Notes under the pieces: model-generated | What the model saw: only the letters and a program-made list of their open reading frames with translations | The model's database searches: none | What the model was told of the DNA's origin: nothing | Program-made: the position numbers and the translations under genes | Part shown: positions 46,492 through 54,322 of the stretch, one piece after another | How the letters are laid out: each line of letters starts with the position of its first letter | How positions within the stretch are numbered: the stretch's first letter is position 1 | Virus record (IMG/VR): IMGVR_UViG_3300032288_001605 | Location: 1-55,792 of that record | Source of the DNA: a virus | Lineage: Duplodnaviria; Caudoviricetes | Strand: one strand, 5' to 3' | DNA: 55,792 nt

Positions 46492-46737
46492 GTGGAAGAT
46501 GAACAAAGTAAACCTTCGTTGATAGACGATGCGCTCGCCGAAATCGGGCGCATCGCCTTCAATGAACCTGCAATATGTACGGGTTGGGTTTTAGTATCAG
46601 AATGGTTCAATGGTTCAAAGGATTACTGGACACTCACGTTAGTTGACGATGAGCAACCAGAATGGCGTCACATGGGTCTACTGAATTATTCTTTAGTTCA
46701 ATTCAAAGAGGGGGAGCAAGATGGAAATAAAGGATAA
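46492..46737 (+). CDS. Hypothetical protein
   Basis: TGWVLVSEW...PEWRHMGLL. Confidence 0.6.
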   Translation: MEDEQSKPSLIDDALAEIGRIAFNEPAICTGWVLVSEWFNGSKDYWTLTLVDDEQPEWRHMGLLNYSLVQFKEGEQDGNKG

Positions 46738-46840
46738 AGAAAAGATTCTGCAAGAGTTATTGAAAGAACGCTTCGGCGACCCGACACGCGAGAGATACGA
46801 AATAACGGAAAAGCCCAAAGTCTCATCCTAAACTTGAGAC

Positions 46841-47179
46841 ATGCAATCCATGGATTTTGTTGAAGATGCTCCCTGCCGTGGAGCAGACCCATGGCTATTT
46901 GACCAATCGCAATTAGCGCTGGCAATTATCGGTTTGCAATATTGCGTTGAATGCCCATTCAAACAAGAGTGCATTGAGTTGGTCGAACCAAGCAAAAATT
47001 ATTTTGATGGAATATGTGGCGGAATTGTTTGGCAAAACGGTAGGGTATTGGCTAAGTTAGATACCGAGGTTAAAAACCGTTTAATCATAGGGGGTAATGA
47101 TGACACCGAGAATGAAGATGCCGTGGCAATTCGAGGGAGCAAGTTGTTGGGGTCTGGACACGGAGATGTTCTTCCCTGA
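46841..47179 (+). CDS. whiB: WhiB-family transcription factor
   Basis: C-x-x-x-DP-x-LF...C-x-x-CP-x-x-x-x-C...GICGG. Confidence 0.75.
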   Translation: MQSMDFVEDAPCRGADPWLFDQSQLALAIIGLQYCVECPFKQECIELVEPSKNYFDGICGGIVWQNGRVLAKLDTEVKNRLIIGGNDDTENEDAVAIRGSKLLGSGHGDVLP

Positions 47180-47372
47180 TAAGGGTGGCAGTGCAAAACA
47201 GATTAAAAAGATTTGCAAATCCTGTTACTGGACGAATGAATGTCTGACCTATTCGTTACATTACAGAGTGCAAGGAATCTGGGCGGGTACAAGTCCAGAT
47301 GACCGCGACATACTAAGAAAAAAACTAAACATAATCGCTAAACCAGTCACTAACGAAAGGTTCGTCGCATGA
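47112..47372 (+). CDS. whiB: WhiB-family transcription factor
   Basis: C-x-x-x-DTEMFFP...CKSC-x-x-x-x-x-C...GIWAG-x-x-x-x-x-R. Confidence 0.85.
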   Translation: MKMPWQFEGASCWGLDTEMFFPDKGGSAKQIKKICKSCYWTNECLTYSLHYRVQGIWAGTSPDDRDILRKKLNIIAKPVTNERFVA

Positions 47373-47818
47373 GCACAATATCAATCGCAGGTAATTTAGC
47401 CGCTGACCCAGAATTGCGTTTTACGCCTAATGGAAAGGCAGTTGCAACATTCACTGTTATCTCATCTAAGTCTGTAAAGAAGGAAGATGGGACATGGGAA
47501 AACACGGACGTAACTCCGTGGACAGTTAAGTGTTGGAATAAGTTGGCAGAAAACGTTGCCGAATCTTTGAGAAAAGGAATGTCTGTAGTTGTATCTGGAA
47601 CCGCATCATGGGCATCGTGGGAAGATAAGAAAACAGGCGAGAAGCGTGGCAAGGTCGAGATAACCGCTTATAACGTAGGAGTTGACCTGAAGCGTCATAT
47701 CGTCCAAGTAATCAATTTAAGCCGTGGCAATGAAGGCGATATCAACGTTGACCCTTGGAGCCAATCGGCTTACCAATCTGCCAATTCTGCGAAAGCCCCA
47801 GAAGAGTTTCCTTTCTAA
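47369..47818 (+). CDS. ssb: Single-stranded DNA-binding protein
   Basis: GNL-x-ADPELRFTP-x-G-x-AVA...LAENVAESL-x-KG; C-terminal EEFPF. Confidence 0.92.
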   Translation: MSTISIAGNLAADPELRFTPNGKAVATFTVISSKSVKKEDGTWENTDVTPWTVKCWNKLAENVAESLRKGMSVVVSGTASWASWEDKKTGEKRGKVEITAYNVGVDLKRHIVQVINLSRGNEGDINVDPWSQSAYQSANSAKAPEEFPF

Positions 47819-47868
47819 CCTCCGTATAGTATGATAGGGGTTGAAAAAAACTCCCGAAAGGAGAAAAG

Positions 47869-48168
47869 ATGGCTTGGACAGATTACTTCCTAAGCAATTT
47901 ACCTAACGGCAAAATTGTTGTATCCCCAGATGGTCGCCCATTCGTATCGATGGCAGTTGCGCCACGTGAGTACGTAGAAATTTCTATGACTCAATCGATA
48001 CATGAACTACCATTCAAAGTCACATTCAAATCTTTCGATTCAATTGGAGAATTGACGGAAGAGCGCGAGTATGGAGTTCTAGGCACAAAAGATTTAGCAC
48101 GTAAACTTGCGATGGAAGTTGCAAACATGCGTCTAAACTCTATGGAATTTGTCTTAGACGGAGAATAA
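47869..48168 (+). CDS. Hypothetical protein
   Basis: GAAAGGAG RBS. Confidence 0.6.
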   Translation: MAWTDYFLSNLPNGKIVVSPDGRPFVSMAVAPREYVEISMTQSIHELPFKVTFKSFDSIGELTEEREYGVLGTKDLARKLAMEVANMRLNSMEFVLDGE

Positions 48169-48201
48169 AAGGGCAAATGCACCTAGCGCTATAATCGTAA
48201 G

Positions 48202-48354
48202 GTGTATGACGACTTCATTAAACGTGATGGCGTTATGTCTGTCCTATCGACTTTTGCTATCCAGACTCATGAATTATTTTCAGAGTTGATGAGAGCAGGA
48301 TTCACAGAGGAACAGGCTTTGAAGATTGTCATTGGATTATTCGCAAGGGATTAG
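48202..48354 (+). CDS. Small conserved protein (HELF-x-x-L-x-x-AGFTEEQAL), not in ORF track
   Basis: TATAAT just upstream of a GTG start; motif. Confidence 0.55.
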   Translation: MYDDFIKRDGVMSVLSTFAIQTHELFSELMRAGFTEEQALKIVIGLFARD

Positions 48355-48364
48355 GACGAGGTAT

Positions 48365-49777
48365 ATGGCACAGCCTGATTTTAAGGAACTCGGTTCTACT
48401 GGTTTACGTCGCTCGGGCGGAACAGTATTTGAAGAGTTTCTTACGACGCTCCGCGGAATCCGCGGCTCTCGCGTTTATCGAGAGATGGCTGATAACGACC
48501 CAACTATCGGCTCAATGTTATTTGCGATTGAGAAAGTTATTACTCGTCTTGAATGGCGTGTAGACCCATACAGCGATAGTTCGGCAGATGGCGATGTAAG
48601 TCCAGAGGATAAAGAAGTAGCAGATTTTGTTGAATCATGTTTGAACGATATGTCCGATTCATGGGACCAGACATTGACACAAATGCTTTCAATGTTGGTT
48701 TTTGGATATTCATATCACGAAATTGTTTATAAGAGACGTGGCGGCGATACTAACGATGCTAAGACTCGTTCTAAGTTCGATGATGGAAAAATTGGATGGC
48801 GTAAGTTGCCAATCCGTTCACAAGAAACTTTGTTCCGTTGGAATATTGATGATGACGGCGGAATCCAAGGAATGGTGCAAGTAGACCCATCCGCTGGAGG
48901 CATTCATACAATTCCAATCGAGAAGGCTTTGCTATTCCGCACGACCACTCAAAAGAATAACCCTGAAGGTCGTTCAATTCTTCGTAATGCTTATCGCCCT
49001 TGGTATTTCAAGCGCCGTATTGAAGAGATTGAAGCAATTGGTATCGAGCGCGATTTAGCGGGTCTTCCAGTTGCCTACGTTCCACCTGAGTTTCTATCGA
49101 GCACCGCTTCAGTTGACCAACAACAAGTTTTGCAGAGCATTATCTCTATTGTTCAAAACGTTAAGCGTAATGAGCAAGAGGGCGTTGTTATGCCAGCGAT
49201 GTACGACGAGGCTGGTCACAAGATGTTCGACCTTCAGTTGCTCTCATCTGGAGGTTCACGTCAATTTGATACCGACAAAGTAATTCAGCGCTATGACCAA
49301 CGCATGGCGATGTCGATTCTTTCTGACTTTATTCTTCTCGGTCATGACCGCGTAGGTTCATACGCACTCGGTTCATCAAAGATGGACTTATGGTCAATGG
49401 CGGTAGATGCAATTGCAAAGAGCATTGCAGAAGTTATGAATCAGTACGCAATTCCTCGTTTGTTAAAACTAAACGGAATGGATACTTCTCGTTCTCCATA
49501 TTTAACATACGGTGAAGTAAGCCATGTTGATTTAACAGAGATTGCAGATTTCGTAACGAAACTTGCTCAATCTGGAGTTCTCGTTCCAGACCCAAAGTTG
49601 GAAGATTACTTACGCGACTTAGCGGGATTGCCACCAGCCGAACACGATGGACAAAACTTCGGAATGCCTCCAATGCCTAGCGACGTTGGTATGGAACCCG
49701 GGGAAGTTCAAACGGGTCAACCTGAGCAGTTAGATATCGCTGAGGGAACGGAACCACTTGATGGCGACTTGGATTAA
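48365..49777 (+). CDS. Portal protein (Mu gp29/DUF935-like)
   Basis: FGYSYHEIVYK, NNPEGRSILR-x-AY-x-x-W-x-FK, GIERDLAGLP and GSYAL motifs; GAGG RBS before ATG 48365. Confidence 0.88.
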   Translation: MAQPDFKELGSTGLRRSGGTVFEEFLTTLRGIRGSRVYREMADNDPTIGSMLFAIEKVITRLEWRVDPYSDSSADGDVSPEDKEVADFVESCLNDMSDSWDQTLTQMLSMLVFGYSYHEIVYKRRGGDTNDAKTRSKFDDGKIGWRKLPIRSQETLFRWNIDDDGGIQGMVQVDPSAGGIHTIPIEKALLFRTTTQKNNPEGRSILRNAYRPWYFKRRIEEIEAIGIERDLAGLPVAYVPPEFLSSTASVDQQQVLQSIISIVQNVKRNEQEGVVMPAMYDEAGHKMFDLQLLSSGGSRQFDTDKVIQRYDQRMAMSILSDFILLGHDRVGSYALGSSKMDLWSMAVDAIAKSIAEVMNQYAIPRLLKLNGMDTSRSPYLTYGEVSHVDLTEIADFVTKLAQSGVLVPDPKLEDYLRDLAGLPPAEHDGQNFGMPPMPSDVGMEPGEVQTGQPEQLDIAEGTEPLDGDLD

Positions 49778-49780
49778 TCC

Positions 49781-50830
49781 ATGCCATTCAAATTCACTCC
49801 GTCCATTCAGAAGCGACGTAATCCGCTAACCCCAGAGGAAGCCGCTCTTGCTCGGGTTATCTATGATGCGATTCAACGCGCTACAAGCGAATTGAAGGTA
49901 ACGCAGTTAGCCCGCATTATCGAATCTCTGGACCCAGACACTCTCAATCGTCTACTGTCTTCCATAACACTTGGCAAAGATGCACAACGCATTGAACAGT
50001 CAATTCTTCAATCAATTGATATCGGTGGCTCTGAAGCCATTTCAGAATTACGCAGTATTGCCAATCGTTTAGTTCGACCTAGTTTCGTACCAACGAAAGT
50101 TGATGTTACTAATCCGAAAGAGATGCGCCGATTAGAGGGAACAAAGATTCCAGCATGGGCGAGTTCAACTACACCTAAAGTAACTATGAATATCGCTTTT
50201 GATGCAACTAATCCTAATTCGCTTTTCTATGCTCAAAGACGAGCCGCTGAATTAATTAAATCTATTGATGAGTACACACGCATCGCGGTGCGTCAGATAA
50301 TCATTGAATCTTTCAATGACAAAGTTGACTACAAGACAACGGCTAATCGAATTAAAAACATTGTTGGACTTCATCCGCAATGGGCTGACGCAGTTATAAA
50401 GTTTGAAAAGCGCGAGATGAGGCGTCTGCAACGAGAAGGCTTTACAGATGCCAAGGCTCGCTCACTTACCGAGAAGCGCACCTCTGATTACTCCAATCGC
50501 CTACGCAGTGCGCGAGCGACCATGATTGCTCGAACTGAAATACAGATTGCTCAGAACGAGGGACGTTTCGAGAGTTGGAAGCAAGCCGCTCGCCAAGGCT
50601 TTGTTGACCCAGCGGCTCAAAAGATGTGGATTATCGCTAATGATGAACGCACATGCGATATCTGCCTAGAGTTAGATGGCGAAGTTGTTGGATGGCTCGA
50701 TACATTCTCCAATGGATTAGAACGCCCTATCGCTCATCCTAATTGCCGATGCACAATGAAACTTCTTCCACCCGAGAAATATCAGGATATTTATTTCGAG
50801 GAAACTTACGGAGATGAATTCCTTGATTAG
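49781..50830 (+). CDS. MuF / head morphogenesis (minor capsid) protein
   Basis: RATMIARTE...K-x-W...DERTC-x-x-C-x-x-LDG...P-x-x-HPNCRC. Confidence 0.9.
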   Translation: MPFKFTPSIQKRRNPLTPEEAALARVIYDAIQRATSELKVTQLARIIESLDPDTLNRLLSSITLGKDAQRIEQSILQSIDIGGSEAISELRSIANRLVRPSFVPTKVDVTNPKEMRRLEGTKIPAWASSTTPKVTMNIAFDATNPNSLFYAQRRAAELIKSIDEYTRIAVRQIIIESFNDKVDYKTTANRIKNIVGLHPQWADAVIKFEKREMRRLQREGFTDAKARSLTEKRTSDYSNRLRSARATMIARTEIQIAQNEGRFESWKQAARQGFVDPAAQKMWIIANDERTCDICLELDGEVVGWLDTFSNGLERPIAHPNCRCTMKLLPPEKYQDIYFEETYGDEFLD

Positions 50831-51578
50831 CACAATTCGATTTGAATATGGCTTGAAGCCTGTATTGAAGCATCAAGAACATGACCAATCCAGTCATGGC
50901 AATTGGGCAACTGGCAAAAAGGGTGGCAGTGGATTAAGCCATCGAGAAATGTTTGAATTAAAACGCAATCGCCTAGACCCTATGGTAAAAAAAGTTTATG
51001 AGGCGGAAGAAAAGAATCATAACCAGATTCAAAATAAAAATATAGAACAACCGTCTGCGCCAATTCGTTCATCCTTTACTACTTTTGACGAGTACGATAA
51101 AGCATACAAAAAATATTCAAAAGACTTTCTCGATTGGTCAAAGAAAGTTACGACCGCTGTTATATCTCCTATTGCGGAAAAGCATTTGGACGGGACACCT
51201 ACGGGGGTCAGGGGATATGTTGGAGAAGTGTTACGAGCAGATTGGTTCGTTGAGCAATTTGGAAACGGTGGCAGTGCTGGAAACCCTGAAGTAAAGGTTT
51301 CATCTACTAGCGCGGCTGGCTCATATCAAATTGGATTTAAGGGAGACAAACCCTTGAGCATTTTGTCAGTAAATAGAGGCTATTCAAAAGCCGAACCTAA
51401 TATTGTTCACGAAATCGCTCACTACGCTACAACGATTAGTGCGACTGCACCGCATGATGGTCACGGAGTAGAGTTCGCACGAAACCATATATTTATTGCA
51501 GGTAAAGTAATGGGGCAAAGTTTTGCAGATGGACTTGCAAACGCTTACAGAGAGTCGGGTGTTCCTCTTGGAGACTAA
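50814..51578 (+). CDS. HDQ-tagged protein with zincin-like metallopeptidase domain
   Basis: KHQEHDQSSHGNW tag; IVHEIAH...HG-x-EF (HExxH plus downstream H). Confidence 0.7.
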   Translation: MNSLISTIRFEYGLKPVLKHQEHDQSSHGNWATGKKGGSGLSHREMFELKRNRLDPMVKKVYEAEEKNHNQIQNKNIEQPSAPIRSSFTTFDEYDKAYKKYSKDFLDWSKKVTTAVISPIAEKHLDGTPTGVRGYVGEVLRADWFVEQFGNGGSAGNPEVKVSSTSAAGSYQIGFKGDKPLSILSVNRGYSKAEPNIVHEIAHYATTISATAPHDGHGVEFARNHIFIAGKVMGQSFADGLANAYRESGVPLGD

Positions 51579-52305
51579 AGATTATGGTTGGGAGATTGTT
51601 GACCCAATTCATCCCGATTTAATACCTGAGCCATTTGAAGAAGAGTTCAAAAAACACGGCACACACGACCAAAAGACTCATGGAAATTGGTCTACGGGTG
51701 AGTCCGTACCAGATATCAATGAATGGAACAAGGCTGAGTTGGCTAAGTATCCATCAAGAGAAGCGCAAGAGTCTTATCTGTTAGATAATATTTTGAGTCA
51801 GCGCGTTCAAGGGTTTACGGGTAGAGAATTTTATTCAGCCGTTGAAAAATATCAAACATTACTTGGTTATAAGATGAATGAAGCGCTTCGTGACCCCCAA
51901 ATAAGTACAGACCAACTTGCCTATGAAATCGCTGGTTTAGATGGTGCAATTGAATCTGCCCCACCGTTAAAATCTGATGTAACCGTCTATCGCGGAATTA
52001 AAGGAAATGGATTAGATTTCTTTGAAGGACTTAAAAAAGGTGACGTTTATACAGATAAAGGTTTTACCTCAACAACTCTTGATACCAATGTGGCTACAAA
52101 GTTTTCAGTACAGGGGGATATGTACCAAGGTATTGTTCTTCGCATGAAATTGCCAGCAGGTACAAAAGGTCTCTATCCAACGAGTGTTACTGGATTAACT
52201 TCGTTATCCTCAAGAGAGGCAGAGTTCCTTCTCCCTCGAGATAGCAAATTCAAAATTCTTAGCAATGAAGGTAAAGTGTGGGATGTGGAGGTAGTCAATG
52301 ATTGA
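51568..52305 (+). CDS. HDQ-tagged ADP-ribosyltransferase (Vip2/Alt-like, R-S-E clade)
   Basis: KHGTHDQKTHGNW tag; Y-x-MN-x-x-LR, VYRG, GFTSTT and EAEFLLPR. Confidence 0.85.
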   Translation: METKDYGWEIVDPIHPDLIPEPFEEEFKKHGTHDQKTHGNWSTGESVPDINEWNKAELAKYPSREAQESYLLDNILSQRVQGFTGREFYSAVEKYQTLLGYKMNEALRDPQISTDQLAYEIAGLDGAIESAPPLKSDVTVYRGIKGNGLDFFEGLKKGDVYTDKGFTSTTLDTNVATKFSVQGDMYQGIVLRMKLPAGTKGLYPTSVTGLTSLSSREAEFLLPRDSKFKILSNEGKVWDVEVVND

Positions 52306-54112
52306 GAATTTTGGATATGACTCATCTAAAGGCTTATCTGTTGTTCTTGAGAAACACGGCACCCATGACCAATCAAGCCATGGTAATTGGGCTAGAGGAA
52401 TTTCATTAGACCCCAAGGTTGCCGCAAGCATTCTCAACAGAGTCAAAGAAAATGGCGGACTCTCCGTCAACATGGTCGATGGCTCTGAGCCTACGACTGG
52501 ATTCATGGTCGCCAAGGGCAAGCAATATGGGAGAATCGTAAAGGCTGAAGATTTCTACGATTCTGAGCGTGGTCCTGAAATTCTGTATCAGTACATGAAA
52601 GCCAATAAATCTGACCTTGCAACGGGGAAAAACTACCTCGGTTTATGGCATAATACGGAAGATAACCAAGTTTATTTAGATGTCTCGGAAAATATCCAAG
52701 ATAGAGAGAGGGCTACCAGCGCAGGTCGGGAACGTGACCAAATTTCGATTTGGGATGTTGTTAACTTCGCTGAAATAGATACGGGAGGAACAGGCAGTGT
52801 CGGAAAACAAAGAAATCAAAGTGGCGGAAATCAATCCAAATATCGCGGAGATGACGGACGAGGAATTACGGGAGTACGCCAAGGTTCTCTGGGAGAAGAT
52901 GGCAAAGCCCAAGTAATTCGTTTTGCCTTTGGTCTAAAGCCAGTCTTTAAGCATGAGGGTGGCGGTCACGACCAGAGTACACATGGTAATTGGGCTAAGG
53001 CTGGATACACGGAGTCTGAAGCCGAAGGAATTTCGCGTTATGAAAACTTGGGACCAACTACTCAAGACCTAGATAATATTCTTGATGGTGTTTCTATGGC
53101 TGACTATGACACTTTGTCAGAGTTTGTCTTGAACGACGGCGACCAGTATGAATTAATGGTTGAATACGGAGACCTAGAATCTCGGGTTGCAGATGCAATA
53201 GCCAAAAGAGAATCTATTCTTGGAAGGGAGATATCCGCTCAGGAACGAGCAGATATCTATGCCGCTGAACAAGCCTATGCGGTAAAGAATTACGTTCTAG
53301 AGAACGAAACTGATATTAATAATATTCGCAATGAACAATTGGGATTAAAAGATGACCCAACAGAATTCTTGCCTTCTTTTAATGATGTCTATGGAATAGA
53401 GTTTGATGCAACATTATCTGACGGTACTGAAGTCAGAATGAGTACAGAGATGGAATCTATTGATGTAACCACAGATGGCATATTCCTTGAAGGAAGCGTT
53501 ACTGCTGATGGAATGCAGATAGGTCGAGTTGAACGTGTCTTATTCCGAGAAAATGGCGTGTGGAATGTTGAGCACAAATGGTTTGATGTTGAAGACGAGT
53601 ACCAAGGCACAGGTTTCGGAAAAGCATTCCTCAAGCAACAAGAAGATTATTACACCGCTAAAGGTTTTGGCTACATTAAAATCATGGCTGGACTAGAAGA
53701 TGGCGCTCGCCACTGGGCTAGGGCTGGTTTTGACTTCAATCCACAATATTTAAGTAATGATTTGAGAAGTTTGAAAATGTCTGCCGAGTCCAGACTTTCT
53801 TCTTCAGACCTAGAAAAGTTTATGGAAATCTATGACCGAGGATTTGATTCTGCCTCTGGCAGAGTAAAGGATTACAGAGCAGATGATTTCCCATTCCCTG
53901 CCGAATTTGCCAATTTAGGTTGGGAAAATCGACAGGTCGTAGGCGGCGAATATCAATGGGCTGGAAAGACTTTAATGATAAACATGGTGCAGGAGTACGT
54001 TAAGCCCCTAACAGCCGAGGGCAGGAATCTGCTCTCTGGTCCAATTGACCGAGATGGCGATGGTCTGGTTTATGACGGAACTATGCGCGAGCGCCCTGCT
54101 CCCAATAAATAA
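52298..54112 (+). CDS. Two-module HDQ-tagged polyprotein with C-terminal GNAT acetyltransferase-like domain
   Basis: Two tags; module 1 has YLGLW...VYLDVS...QISIWD; module 2 has EYQGTGFG...GARHWARAGF. Confidence 0.75.
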   Translation: MIENFGYDSSKGLSVVLEKHGTHDQSSHGNWARGISLDPKVAASILNRVKENGGLSVNMVDGSEPTTGFMVAKGKQYGRIVKAEDFYDSERGPEILYQYMKANKSDLATGKNYLGLWHNTEDNQVYLDVSENIQDRERATSAGRERDQISIWDVVNFAEIDTGGTGSVGKQRNQSGGNQSKYRGDDGRGITGVRQGSLGEDGKAQVIRFAFGLKPVFKHEGGGHDQSTHGNWAKAGYTESEAEGISRYENLGPTTQDLDNILDGVSMADYDTLSEFVLNDGDQYELMVEYGDLESRVADAIAKRESILGREISAQERADIYAAEQAYAVKNYVLENETDINNIRNEQLGLKDDPTEFLPSFNDVYGIEFDATLSDGTEVRMSTEMESIDVTTDGIFLEGSVTADGMQIGRVERVLFRENGVWNVEHKWFDVEDEYQGTGFGKAFLKQQEDYYTAKGFGYIKIMAGLEDGARHWARAGFDFNPQYLSNDLRSLKMSAESRLSSSDLEKFMEIYDRGFDSASGRVKDYRADDFPFPAEFANLGWENRQVVGGEYQWAGKTLMINMVQEYVKPLTAEGRNLLSGPIDRDGDGLVYDGTMRERPAPNK

Positions 54113-54138
54113 CCAACTATGGTAAGATTTGAGGTGAT

Positions 54139-54285
54139 ATGAACAGAGAAGAAAAACTAGAGGCTATCCGTGAGGCTTATGCCGAATGGGAAAAGTTGGC
54201 TACATTTGTAAAACTAGACAGAGCCACGCCTGAAGATGAGGAGAAGATTTATGACAAACTTTTCAACATCATTCAAGAAAAGTAA
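54139..54285 (+). CDS. Small acidic helical protein (not in ORF track)
   Basis: GAGGTG RBS; MNREEKLEAIREAYAEWEK..., 48 aa. Confidence 0.55.
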   Translation: MNREEKLEAIREAYAEWEKLATFVKLDRATPEDEEKIYDKLFNIIQEK

Positions 54286-54322
54286 AGTGCGGTTGTATTT
54301 CTATGGCGTATCCTTATAACCT

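Noticed and set aside
13750-50830. Mu-like transposable phage (Com, Gam, Mom, gp29-like portal, MuF)
   Set aside because: No DDE transposase or MuB seen; replication looks initiator/iteron-based
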